Made by a program: the position numbers and the translations under genes
The notes under the pieces: model-generated
Databases searched by the model: none
What the model was told of the DNA's origin: nothing
The model's input: the letters and a program-made list of their open reading frames with translations, nothing else
Shown here: positions 54,726 to 64,000 of the stretch, piece by piece
How the letters are laid out: the number at the start of each line of letters is the position of its first letter
Numbering within the stretch: position 1 is the stretch's first letter
Assembly: GCA_963728205.1 (NCBI GenBank)
Contig: CAVSIV010000001.1
Coordinates: forward strand, 704,001-768,000
Length of the DNA: 64,000 nucleotides
From: an uncultured Chloroflexia bacterium
Lineage (GTDB): Bacteria; Chloroflexota; Dehalococcoidia; UBA2979
Reading direction: 5' to 3'

Positions 54726-55499
54726 ATGAAGGTCGTCACCTGGAACGTGAACTCGATCAAGGCGCGGCTCCCGCGCGTGCTCGAGTTCCTCGAGCGCCAC
54801 GAGCCCGACGTCCTCTGCGTGCAGGAGACGAAGGTCGAGGCGTCGGCCTTCCCGCACGCCGACCTCGTCGCGGCCGGGTACCGCGCCGCCGATCACAGCA
54901 CGGGGCGCTGGGCGGGGGTCGCGGTGATTGCGCGCGAGGACCACCCGCTCACCGACGTCGTCCCCGGGCTGCCCGGCGCGCCCGCCTCCGAGGAGGGGCG
55001 CTGGGTGGAGGCGACGGTCGCGGGCATCCGGGTGGCGAGCGTCTACGTGATCAACGGGCGGTCACTCGACGACCCCATGTACGCGGCGAAGCTGGAGTTC
55101 CTCGCGGCGATGAAAACGCGCGTCGCCGCGCTCGCCGCGGGGCCGCTCGTCGTCGCCGGCGACTTCAACATCGCACCCGCCGACGTCGACGTGTATGACC
55201 CGGCGGCCTTCGTGGGCGCGACGCACGTGAGCGAGTCGGAGCGGCGCGCGCTCGCCGAGATCCTCGAGGCGGGCGTCATCGACGCGTTCCGAGCGGTCGA
55301 GCCCGAGGCCGTGCAGTACACGTGGTGGGACTACCGCGCCGGGCACTTTCACAAGGGGCTGGGGCTGCGCATCGACCTCCTCCTCGCGAGTCAGCCGCTC
55401 GTCCCACGGCTGTGCGGCTGCCGGATCGATCGCGACTTCCGGAAGGGGCCGAAGCCCTCGGACCATGTGCCCTTGATCCTCGAGATCGAGGACGCGTAG
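54726..55499 (+). CDS. xth: Exodeoxyribonuclease III
   Basis: Motifs TWNVNS, QETK, GDFNIAP, YTWWDYR, GLRIDL, PSDHVP. Confidence 0.95.
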   Translation: MKVVTWNVNSIKARLPRVLEFLERHEPDVLCVQETKVEASAFPHADLVAAGYRAADHSTGRWAGVAVIAREDHPLTDVVPGLPGAPASEEGRWVEATVAGIRVASVYVINGRSLDDPMYAAKLEFLAAMKTRVAALAAGPLVVAGDFNIAPADVDVYDPAAFVGATHVSESERRALAEILEAGVIDAFRAVEPEAVQYTWWDYRAGHFHKGLGLRIDLLLASQPLVPRLCGCRIDRDFRKGPKPSDHVPLILEIEDA

Positions 55500-55546
55500 G
55501 CCCGGTGCGCGGGACCGGTGGAGGCGCGTCGTGCGATGATCGGTCC

Positions 55547-56110
55547 ATGACCGGTGCGAACGGCTCGCTGGCGGGGCGGCTCCTGGTGGCGAGCCCGGAT
55601 CTGCTCGACCCGAATTTCCATCGCACGGTGCTGCTGCTGTGCGCGCACGACGAGCGCGGTGCGCTCGGCGTGGTGCTCAACCGCCCGCTGGCGGCGCTCG
55701 TCGCGGACCATCTCCCCGAGTGGGGGGCGCGCGTGGCGCAGCCCGGGAACCTCTTCGGCGGCGGGCCGGTCGAGCCGGGCGTTGCGCTCGCGCTCGGGCT
55801 CAGCGACGGGCCGCGCGACGAGGCGTGGTGGTCCCCCGTGACCGACCGCCTCGGCCTCGTCCAGATTGGGGACGACCCGGTGCCTGCCTTGCCCGAGCTC
55901 GAGCAGGTGCGGCTGTTCGGGGGCTACGCCGGCTGGGGTGAGGGGCAACTCGAGGGCGAGATCCTCGGGAAGTCGTGGTTCGTCCTCGACCCACTCCCCG
56001 GGGACCCGTTCACCCCGGAGCCCGAGCGCCTCTGGTACCGCGTGCTCCGGCGTCAGCGCGGCATCCTTGCGATGTACGCGTTCGTGCCGGTCGATGAGCG
56101 GGTGAACTAG
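55547..56110 (+). CDS. YqgE/AlgH family protein (UPF0301)
   Basis: Motifs LLVASP.L.DPNF.RTV, GALGVVLNRP, GGPVE, GYAGW..GQLE.E. Confidence 0.92.
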   Translation: MTGANGSLAGRLLVASPDLLDPNFHRTVLLLCAHDERGALGVVLNRPLAALVADHLPEWGARVAQPGNLFGGGPVEPGVALALGLSDGPRDEAWWSPVTDRLGLVQIGDDPVPALPELEQVRLFGGYAGWGEGQLEGEILGKSWFVLDPLPGDPFTPEPERLWYRVLRRQRGILAMYAFVPVDERVN

Positions 56111-56151
56111 GGCGCGGACACCCGTATGCGCCCCGGGGGCTGCTCGCGCGG

Positions 56152-57090
56152 CTACGCCTCCGGCGCGACCTGCATGCGGAACCAGTCGACGGTTTCGCGC
56201 ATCCCGTCGTCCAGCGCGACCCGTGGCTCCCAGCCCCAGGCCAGGCCGGCGTGACCGGGATCGAGCGCGATGCGTGCGATGTCGCCGGGCCGCTCGGGCC
56301 CGTAGATCACCGGGCGCTCGTAGCCGGTCAGGCCCGCGAGCCCGTCGAAGATCTGTTGCGTCGACGTCTCGACGCCCGTGCACACGTTGCAGGTCGCCGG
56401 CTCCGGGGCGTCCGCCGCCGCCCGCACCGCCGCGACCACATCACCGACGTAAACGTAGTCTCGCGTCTGGCTCCCGTCGCCGAAAATCGTGACGGGTTCG
56501 CCCCGCAACATGCGCTGGGCGAAGATCGCCACGACCCCCGCCTCGCCGTGCGGGTCCTGCCACGGCCCATAGACGTTCGACGGGCGCACCACCGCGACCT
56601 CCATGCCGGTCTGGCGAGCCACGACCTGCAGGTACAGCTCGGCCGCGGCCTTCGAGGCCCCGTAGATCGACTCGGGCGCGACGCGCGTCGACTCCGGCGC
56701 GGGCAGGGTGTCGGGCTGGCCGTACATCGCGCCGCCGCTGGATATGAAGACGAAGCGCCGGCAGCCGGCGTCGGCGGCGGCGCGTGCGAGCTCGACGGTC
56801 GCCAGCACGTTCGTCTCGATGTCCTCGCGCGGCTCGCGCATCGACACCGACACCGACGCCTGCGCGGCGAGGTGGTACACGACGTCCGGCGCGGCCTCGG
56901 TGACCGCCGCGCGCATGCGGTCGGCGTCGCGCAGGTCGAGCGTGACCTCGCGCGCGCCGTCCGGGAGTGCCCGTCGGCACGGCCGGCGGTCGATCGAGGT
57001 TACGGCGACGCCCGCGGCGCCGAGCGCGGCGGCGACATGCCCGCCGATGAAGCCGGCGGCCCCGGTGACGATCGCGCGGCCGGGCGTCAT
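56152..57090 (-). CDS. NAD-dependent epimerase (UDP-glucose 4-epimerase-like)
   Basis: Motifs VTGAAGFIG, HLAAQASV, SSGGAMYG, YGASK, NVYGP.QDPHGEAGVV, GDGSQTRDYVYV. Confidence 0.9.
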   Translation of the reverse strand: MTPGRAIVTGAAGFIGGHVAAALGAAGVAVTSIDRRPCRRALPDGAREVTLDLRDADRMRAAVTEAAPDVVYHLAAQASVSVSMREPREDIETNVLATVELARAAADAGCRRFVFISSGGAMYGQPDTLPAPESTRVAPESIYGASKAAAELYLQVVARQTGMEVAVVRPSNVYGPWQDPHGEAGVVAIFAQRMLRGEPVTIFGDGSQTRDYVYVGDVVAAVRAAADAPEPATCNVCTGVETSTQQIFDGLAGLTGYERPVIYGPERPGDIARIALDPGHAGLAWGWEPRVALDDGMRETVDWFRMQVAPEA

Positions 57091-57149
57091 GTTGTGCTCG
57101 CGGTCGGAGGACTGGTCATGCGACGAGGATACGGGGCGCACCGCTCCGC

Positions 57150-57518
57150 TCAAGCGAGCTCCAGCGCGATCGGCAGCGCCGTGTTCCGCCAGTTCGTCAG
57201 GTCGTTCGCGTAGCCCTCCTGGTACTTCGCGAAGAGGAGGTCGCGGGCGGTGGCGTCCTCGGGCGTGCCGGCGTCGACGACGCGCGCACGCGCGTCGAAG
57301 GTGCGCTCGGCGATGCGCACACTCACCGACGCGTCGCGGCGGATGTTGCGCACCCAGTCGGAGCCGTCGCGGCCGCCGGACATGAGGTAGATGGTGTCGG
57401 GCCGCTCGGCCGTGTGGCCGAACCAGATCTCGATCGTGTGCGGGCGCCCGGTGACGCGCCCGGTGGTCGTGAGGTAGCAGTACGGCTCGGCGAGCTCACC
57501 GTCGGTCAGAGGCATCAT
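57150..57518 (-). CDS. Deazaflavin(F420)-dependent nitroreductase-family oxidoreductase
   Basis: Motifs YLTTTGRVTGRPHTIEIWF and SDWVRNI. About 122 aa. Confidence 0.82.
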   Translation of the reverse strand: MMPLTDGELAEPYCYLTTTGRVTGRPHTIEIWFGHTAERPDTIYLMSGGRDGSDWVRNIRRDASVSVRIAERTFDARARVVDAGTPEDATARDLLFAKYQEGYANDLTNWRNTALPIALELA

Positions 57519-57601
57519 GGGGTCCTTTCGGCGCTGGAGGCGATGCAGTGACAGGGCGGGACCAGCGGGGGTGGCTCGCTGCCCTCGATGCTTGTCGTCC
57601 G

Positions 57602-59011
57602 TCAGATCTCGGGCCACGTCTGCCACGGGCGCGCCTGCTCGAACGCATGCGACGCCTGCAGCACGAGGTCGTCGCCGTGGCGCGGGCCGACGATCTGCAG
57701 CCCGCACGGCAGCCCCGCGTCCGTGAACCCGGCCCGGACCGTTGCCGCGGGATGTCCGCTGTAGTTGAACGGCGCGGTGAACGCGATGAAGTTGATCGGC
57801 TGGTCCTCGACCTGCACGGGCAGCGGCCCCGCGGCGGCGAAGGCCTCGAGGGGCATCGTCGGTGTGAGCAGCAGGTCGTAGGCGTCGAAGAGCCGCGTCG
57901 TCCAATCGTTCAGGGCGGCGCGGCCGCGCGCGAACTCGCCGAACTCCTTCGGGCCGACCGTCATCGCGGCGTCCAGCCCGCGGCGGTAGCCCGCGCCGAA
58001 CTCGTCCGGACGCGCCGCGTACGCGTCCCACAGCTGGGCGCGGCCCTGGAAGCCCGTCATCCGCGGCCACCACTGGCCGAGTTGCGGGATCGGCTCGTCG
58101 TAGCGCTCGAGCGCGTGCCCGGCCTCTGCGAACGCGAGCACCGCGAGCTCGACCTGCACCGCGACGTCCGACTGCACGTGCGTCGCCCCCAGCGTCGGGC
58201 TGTACGCGATGCGCAGCGGGCGGAGCGGCGCGTCGAGCCGCTCGAGGTACGAGTAGCCGGGGTGCGGGAGCGAGTTCGGGTCGGCCGGGTGCGCGCCCGC
58301 GACCTGGTCGAGCATGAGCGCAGCGTCGCGAACGGTGCGCGTGAGCGGCCCGTAGACGCTCGTGTCGACCCACGACCAGAAGTCGGTGGGCCCGACCGGC
58401 ACACGGCCGAACGAGGTCTTCAGACCGTAGGCGCCGACGAAGCATGCGGGGATGCGCACGGACCCGCCGCCGTCGGAGGCCGTCACGAGCGGCACCATGC
58501 CCGACGCGATCGCCGCCGCGCTCCCCCCGCTCGACCCGCCCGGCGTGCGCTCGGCGTGCCACGGGTTGCGCGACGCGCCGAACAGCGCGTTGTCGGTGAA
58601 GCCCGTATAGCCGAACTCCGGAGTGTTGGTCTTGCCGATCGGAATCGCGCCCGCCGCCCGCAGCCGCGCGACCTGCACGGAGTCGCGCTGGCGGCGGTTG
58701 TCGCGGAAGGCGCGCGATCCGTACGAGGTCACCATCCCCGCGACATCCTCGAGGTCCTTCACGCCGAACGGCAGCCCACCGAGCGGGCCGAGGTCGTCGC
58801 CCTGCGCCACGCGGTCGGTCTGCGCGGCCGCCGCCGCCAGCGCGCCCTCACGGTCGAGCGCGACGAAGGCGTTGATGCGCGGGTTGAGCGCGTCGATGCG
58901 ATCGAGGGTGTGGCGCATCAGCTCGGTCGGCGAGAGCCGACGCTCGCGGATCCAGCGGGCGACGTCTTCGGCCGGCGCGAAGTCGAGCTCGGCGTCGGCA
59001 GTGTTGGCCAC
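57602..59011 (-). CDS. Amidase-signature family amidase
   Basis: Motifs [40 protein letters not shown] follows AGGAGG. Confidence 0.93.
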   Translation of the reverse strand: MANTADAELDFAPAEDVARWIRERRLSPTELMRHTLDRIDALNPRINAFVALDREGALAAAAAQTDRVAQGDDLGPLGGLPFGVKDLEDVAGMVTSYGSRAFRDNRRQRDSVQVARLRAAGAIPIGKTNTPEFGYTGFTDNALFGASRNPWHAERTPGGSSGGSAAAIASGMVPLVTASDGGGSVRIPACFVGAYGLKTSFGRVPVGPTDFWSWVDTSVYGPLTRTVRDAALMLDQVAGAHPADPNSLPHPGYSYLERLDAPLRPLRIAYSPTLGATHVQSDVAVQVELAVLAFAEAGHALERYDEPIPQLGQWWPRMTGFQGRAQLWDAYAARPDEFGAGYRRGLDAAMTVGPKEFGEFARGRAALNDWTTRLFDAYDLLLTPTMPLEAFAAAGPLPVQVEDQPINFIAFTAPFNYSGHPAATVRAGFTDAGLPCGLQIVGPRHGDDLVLQASHAFEQARPWQTWPEI

Positions 59012-59053
59012 GGCGCGCCTCCTGTCCGAGGGCATCCTACCCGGCGCGCGGCA

Positions 59054-59082
59054 GAGCCTGTCCTGAGCCAGTCGAAGGGCTC
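59054..59082. repeat. REP-like unit related to the 18924 repeats
   Basis: Minus strand reads GAGCCCTTCGACTGGCTCAGGACAGGCTC, sharing the TTCGACTG(C)GCTCA core. Confidence 0.55.
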
Positions 59083-59218
59083 CGGGCCTCGTCGGAAAGT
59101 CCAAGCGGCGGCAGAGATGCCGCCGACAGAAGCGCGGCGCCAGCCGCGGACGTGCGTCCGGGTGCTGTCGGCGGCACGTCTGCCGCCGCCTGACGTTCAT
59201 GCCTGCATGGCGCCCCCC
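59078..59218. repeat. Dispersed hairpin element, copy B
   Basis: GCGGCGGCAGAGATGCCGCCGACAG...CTGTCGGCGGCACGTCTGCCGCCGC, homologous to 22596-22737. Confidence 0.8.
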
Positions 59219-59386
59219 ACCCCCCGGCCGGCTGCCGTGAACCGCGAGCGCCGCTTGCGGCGTGGTGAGGGAGCTGCTGCACACGGCAGGCCAGAAGCCC
59301 GCCGCGCGGCGGAAGGCGTTGCTGCCTCCGGCTACCATGCGCGTGATGACGCGCCCGCCGCCCGCGGGCGCAGGAAGGGGAGCGCC

Positions 59387-60631
59387 ATGGCCGCGGCACT
59401 AGACGGGATGCGCATCCTGGACATGACCCAGTACGAGGCCGGTACCTCGTGCACGCAGATGCTTGCCTGGCTCGGCGCCGACGTCGTCAAGCTGGAGTCG
59501 CCGGCCGGCGACCCGGCCCGTCTTTCGTTCACGCGCGGCACCGACGACTCCCAGTACTTCCTCAACTACAACAGCAACAAGCGCAGCGTCTCGCTCGACC
59601 TCAAGTCGGAGCACGGCCGCGAGCTGTTCCTCCGCCTCGTCCCGCGCTTCGACGTCTTCGTCGAGAACTACGGCCCGGGCGTGATCGAGGCGCTCGGCAT
59701 CGGCTACGAGGCGTTGAGCGCACTGCATCCCGGCCTCATCTACTGCCGCATCAAGGGCTACGGCCTCTCCGGCCCGTATGCGAACTACAAGTGCTTCGAC
59801 CCGCTCGCCCAGGCCGCCGCCGGAGCGCTGTCGGTCACCGGCGAGCCGGACGGCCCACCGGTGAAGCCCGGCCCCACCGTCGCCGACACCGGCACCGGCA
59901 TGCAGGCGGCGCTCGCGATCACCGCCGCGTGGGCGCAGCGCATGCGCACCGGCGAGGGCCAGCTGATCGAGCTTTCGATGCAGGAAGTGATGACGATGTT
60001 CATGCGCACGACCGGCGTCGTGGACTGGAACGAGCGTCCCACGCAGCGCCGCAGCCACCGCGCGGGCGTCCCGACCGGCCTCTACCCCTGCGCCGGCGGC
60101 GGGCCAAACGATTACATCTACATGCTCATCGGCACCACGCGGATGTGGGACCAGCTGTGCGCCGCGATGGGCCGCGACGACCTCCTCCTCGACCCTCGCC
60201 TGCACTCCGGCGCCGGCCGGCGCGAGCACGCCGACCACGTCGACGCCGAGATCGCGAAGTGGACGCGGGAGCACGACAAGCACGAGGCGATGCGCATCCT
60301 CTGCGAGGCGGGCGTCGCGGCGAGCGCGGTCTTCGACACGATGGACGTCTTCCACGACCCGCATCTCCGCGCGCGCGGCTTCATCGTGGAGGTCGAGCAC
60401 CCGGCCGAGGGCACCGTGACGCTGATGCGCTCGCCGATTCGCATGAGCGCGTCCGAGGTGCCGCTGCGGCCGGCGCCCGTGCTGGGCGCCGACACCGAGG
60501 CGGTGCTCGGCGCCGAGCTCGGGCTCACGCAGGCGGACCTCGACGCGCTCTGGGGCGAGCGGGTCATCCACTCACGCGAGCGAGAGCGACGTGAGCGGCC
60601 GGCGGCGAACGCGCCGGCGCGCAGCGGATAG
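59387..60631 (+). CDS. Class III CoA-transferase, formyl-CoA transferase-like
   Basis: Motifs LDMTQYEAGTSCTQMLAWLGADV, NSNKRS, ENYGPG, GPTVADTGTG (catalytic Asp), YPC..GGPNDY. Confidence 0.88.
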   Translation: MAAALDGMRILDMTQYEAGTSCTQMLAWLGADVVKLESPAGDPARLSFTRGTDDSQYFLNYNSNKRSVSLDLKSEHGRELFLRLVPRFDVFVENYGPGVIEALGIGYEALSALHPGLIYCRIKGYGLSGPYANYKCFDPLAQAAAGALSVTGEPDGPPVKPGPTVADTGTGMQAALAITAAWAQRMRTGEGQLIELSMQEVMTMFMRTTGVVDWNERPTQRRSHRAGVPTGLYPCAGGGPNDYIYMLIGTTRMWDQLCAAMGRDDLLLDPRLHSGAGRREHADHVDAEIAKWTREHDKHEAMRILCEAGVAASAVFDTMDVFHDPHLRARGFIVEVEHPAEGTVTLMRSPIRMSASEVPLRPAPVLGADTEAVLGAELGLTQADLDALWGERVIHSRERERRERPAANAPARSG

Positions 60632-60656
60632 GCATCGCGTAGCGAGTGGGCATGAC

Positions 60657-60728
60657 GATCGGCACCCTGCCGGGATGCCGCTCGACGCACACCAATCGGT
60701 TCGAGCGGGACCAGGCAGGGTGCCGATC
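60657..60728 (+). other. Long intergenic stem-loop just before the lyase RBS
   Basis: Perfect 15-bp arms GATCGGCACCCTGCC and GGCAGGGTGCCGATC, with inner 8-bp arms CCGCTCGA and TCGAGCGG. Confidence 0.75.
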
Positions 60729-60747
60729 ACAGCGAGGGGGACTGACG

Positions 60748-62480
60748 ATGACGACCGGGGGAGCACAGACGGCACAGCCGGCGGCGAACGGCGCCGGCAC
60801 GCCCGCGCAGATCGACGGCGCGACGATCCTCGCGCGCAGCCTGAAGCAGCAGGGCGTCGACTACATGTTCGGCGTGGTCGGGTTCCCGATCACCGCCTTC
60901 GCGTCCGCCGCGCAGAAGGCAGGCATCCGCTACATCGGCATGCGCAACGAGCAGGCCGCGTCGTACGCGGCGCAGGCCGCGGGCTACCTCACCGGGCGGC
61001 CGCAGGCGTGCGCCGTCGTGTCCGGCCCGGGCGTCGATGCACGGCCTGGCGGGCCTCGCGAACGCGCAGGCGAACTGCTGGCCGATGATCCTGATCGGCG
61101 GCGCGTCGGCCGTCTACCAGAACGGCATGGGCGCGTTCCAGGAGGAGCGGCAGGTGCTGCGCGGCCACGCCGTTCACGAAGTACGCGCACGCCGTCGAGC
61201 GCGCCGAGCGCATCCCGTTCTACGTCGAGCAGGCGGTCCGCACGTCGCTCTACGGCCGGCCCGGCGCCCGTCTATCTCGACCTGCCGGACGATGTCCTCT
61301 CGGAGCGAGGTCGACGAGAGCACCGTGACGCTGGGCGCGCACCGTGCCCGAGCCGCCGCGCGGTCAGCCGCGCCGGCGGAGAGCGTCGCGGCGGCGCTCG
61401 CGACGCTGAAGGCGGCGCAGAACCCGCTCGTGATCGTCGGCAAGGGCATGGCGTGGGCGCGCGCCGAGGACGAGGTGCGCGAGTTCATCGAGCGCACGCA
61501 GATCCCGTTCCTCGCGACGCCGATGGGCAAGGGCGTCATGCCGGACGATCACCCGCTGTCGGTGGCCGCCGCGCGCACGCTCGCGCTGCAGGGCGCCGAC
61601 GTCGATCATGCTGCTCGGCGCGCGCCTCAACTGGATCCTCCACTTCGGCATGCCGCCGCGCTATCGGCCCGACGTGCAAGATGATCCAGCTCGACATCGC
61701 GGCCGAGGAGATCGGCACGAACGTGCCGGCGGAGGTCGGGCTCGTCGGCGACGGGCAAGCGCCGTCATGGCGCAGCTCAACGCGGCGCTCGACGCCGAGC
61801 CGTGGCAGTACCCGGCCGAGACGCCGTGGCGCACGCAGCTCGCAGAGCAAGGCCGAGGAGAACGGCCGCGTGAGCGCGGCGATGATGGCCGACCGACTCG
61901 AAGCCGATGAACTACTACGTCGCGCTGCAAGCGACGTCCAGCGAATCGCTGCCGGCGGACGCCATCATCGTGAGCGAGGGCGCGAACACGATGGACATCG
62001 GCCGCACGATCCTGCTCAACCGCGAGCCGCGCACGCGCCTGGACGCCGGCAGCTACGGCACGATGGGCGTCGGGCTCGGCTTCGCCGTCGCCGCGTCGGT
62101 GGCGAACCCGGGCAAGCGCATCGTCGCGGTCGAGGGCGACGCGGCGTTCGGCTTCAGCGGCATGGAGCTGGAGACGATGTGCCGCTACCGGCTGCCGATC
62201 ACCGTCGTCGTCATCAACAACAACGGCATCGGCGGCGGCGTCTCTGAGCTGCGGCCGGACCGCGACCCGCCGCCGTCGGTGATGCTGCCGGGCGCGCGCT
62301 ACGAGAAGGTGATCGACGCGTTCGGCGGGCAGCGGCTACTACGTCGACGACCCGGCGGACCTGGAGGCGACGCTCCGGGCGGCGAACACGGGCGACGGCC
62401 CCGCGATCGTGAACATCGTGATCGCGCCGCGCGCGAACCGCAAGCCGCAGCAGTTCGACTGGCACACGGGCCGAACGTAG
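60748..62480 (+). CDS. ThDP-dependent 2-hydroxyacyl-CoA lyase / oxalyl-CoA decarboxylase family enzyme (about a dozen apparent indels)
   Basis: Across frames: [98 protein letters not shown]...NNNG, C-terminal RKPQQFDW. Confidence 0.85.
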
Positions 62481-62505
62481 CCGGCTGAGGCGCGAGCCGG
62501 GGGCG

Positions 62506-63948
62506 CTACGCCCCCGGTGCGCCGGGTGCGCCGGGTGCGCCGGGTGCGCCGGGTGTGCCGGGTGTGCCGGGTGTGCCGGGTGTGCCGGGTGTGCCGGGTG
62601 TGCCGGGTGTGCCGGGTGTGCCGGGTGTGCCGGGTGTGCCGGGTGTGCCGGGTGCGCCGCGTGCGCCGGGCGCGCCCAGCCGGGCCAGGACCTCGGCCGC
62701 CGCGCGGCGGCCCGACTCGATCGCGCCGTGGACCGTCGCGGGGCGCTCCAGGCTCGTCGCCTCGCCGGCGAACGCGAGCGCGCCGACCGGTGCGGCGAGC
62801 TGCGCGCGCAACTGCAGCCCGCCCGGTGGCAGCGACGAGTAGCCCATCCACGTGTGTGCCTCCGCGCCCCAGGCGATGAACCGCGAGTCGCGCAGCGCGC
62901 CCGCCACCGACCGGCCCAGGATCGCCTCCAGGTCGTGCACCGCCAGCTCGGCCGCCTCCGCGGGGGTCGCGTCCTCGACGCGCTTCGCGGCGGCGCCGCC
63001 GAAGAACGCGGTCAGCACCGGCTCCTCGTCCGCGCGGCCCTCGCCGGGGCGCCACCACAGCTGCGTCTCGAGCGGCGTCCAGAGGAACGTCAGGTCGGCA
63101 GGCCAGAAGACGCGGTCGAACTTCAGCACCACCTTCGCGATGTGGCCCGGGTTGAGCCGGCCAATCGCCGTGCGCTGCTCGAGCGACAGCGGCGGGTCGA
63201 AGTCCACCACACGGCGCTGCAACACCCCGAGCGGCAGCGTGACCACCACGCCGTCCACGCGGTGCGTCGCGCCCGCCGCCCTGACCTCCGCGCCGCGCTC
63301 GTCCCAGCGCACGCGGTCGACCACCGCGCCGAAGCGGATGTCGAGGCCGTTGGCCGCGCGCCGCAGCAGCGCGCCGTAGCCGTCGGCGAGGCGGAAGTGC
63401 CGCAGGTCGCCGTCGCCGGCGTAGGTCGCCTGCGTGCCGCGGTATGCCGCGAGCGATCCCGGGTCCGTCGACGTGCCCTGCGCGAGGTAGTGCTCGACGA
63501 GCGCGCGGTCCTCGGCCGACAGCGCGCCGCCGACGAGCTCGGGCCACGCGTCGATCACGGCGGCCATCGGCGCATCCGGGCGGCCGCGTCGGACCCAGGC
63601 CGCGGTCGCGCGACGGACCGCCGCGCGCAGGTCGCTGCCTGCCGCGGCCGCGAACTCGTCCTGGTGCATCAACCGCCCGTGGTAGTGCGTCCACTGCACC
63701 GAGCGGTGCGCGTCGTCGAGCGTCGCCGCGTCGAACGCGCGGATCCAATCCCACGTCGCGACGTACTGCCCGTGCACGAACTCCGCGCCGAGCTCGACCG
63801 GGTGGCGCGCGAAGTCGAGAGCGGTGAACACGCGGCCGCCGACGCGATCGCGCGCCTCGAGCATCACGACGTCGACGCCGCCCTCGCGCAGCGCCCTCGC
63901 CGCCGCGATGCCCGCCGCGCCGGCGCCGATAACCGCAACCGTCGGCAC
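62506..63948 (-). CDS. Flavin monoamine oxidase family protein with C-terminal Gly-X-Pro repeat tail
   Basis: Motifs [57 protein letters not shown] follows GGGAGGG. Confidence 0.9.
   Translation of the reverse strand: MPTVAVIGAGAAGIAAARALREGGVDVVMLEARDRVGGRVFTALDFARHPVELGAEFVHGQYVATWDWIRAFDAATLDDAHRSVQWTHYHGRLMHQDEFAAAAGSDLRAAVRRATAAWVRRGRPDAPMAAVIDAWPELVGGALSAEDRALVEHYLAQGTSTDPGSLAAYRGTQATYAGDGDLRHFRLADGYGALLRRAANGLDIRFGAVVDRVRWDERGAEVRAAGATHRVDGVVVTLPLGVLQRRVVDFDPPLSLEQRTAIGRLNPGHIAKVVLKFDRVFWPADLTFLWTPLETQLWWRPGEGRADEEPVLTAFFGGAAAKRVEDATPAEAAELAVHDLEAILGRSVAGALRDSRFIAWGAEAHTWMGYSSLPPGGLQLRAQLAAPVGALAFAGEATSLERPATVHGAIESGRRAAAEVLARLGAPGARGAPGTPGTPGTPGTPGTPGTPGTPGTPGTPGTPGTPGAPGAPGAPGAPGA
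62513..62677. repeat. 9-bp tandem repeat (VNTR)
   Basis: CCGGGTGTG x11 perfect (62549-62647), flanked by CCGGGTGCG variants. Confidence 0.95.
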
Positions 63949-64000
63949 GCGCGCCCTCCCTCTCCCCCGCGAGAGCCTAGCGCGCCCCCTCCCCACGGGG

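Overview
This is very GC-rich bacterial chromosomal DNA with no rRNA, tRNA, CRISPR array or transposase. Gene content suggests Chloroflexota (possibly Dehalococcoidia-like), but that is inference only. Positions 1-30 kb hold a carbon-storage and oxidative pentose-phosphate supercluster: glgX-glgE-treS/mak-glgB-GH57-treZ-treY, otsA, a GH15 hydrolase, pyk, and ROK-rpiB-tal/pgi-gnd-zwf-pgl. Positions 30-64 kb are mixed: PilZ, MBL hydrolases, a PolX-derived PHP/LigC/Prim-PolC repair trio, class III CoA transferases, msrA, an ABC exporter pair, amt, an ECF sigma/anti-sigma pair, xth, an amidase, a Frc-like transferase with a 2-hydroxyacyl-CoA lyase, and a flavin amine oxidase. Five features are not shown by the ORF track: (1) a c-di-GMP-I riboswitch with a terminator in front of an HPD-less J-domain membrane protein; (2) an 11-bp-phased GlnR-like box array upstream of amt; (3) a 36-aa membrane microprotein where glnK normally sits; (4) a dispersed hairpin element whose central loop is flipped between its two copies; (5) several REP-like palindromes. 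Single-base indels break treY, treS (twice), tal-pgi, an MBL gene, ligC and a CoA transferase, and about a dozen break the lyase. These look like long-read consensus errors. All calls come from reading motifs by eye; no database search was run.
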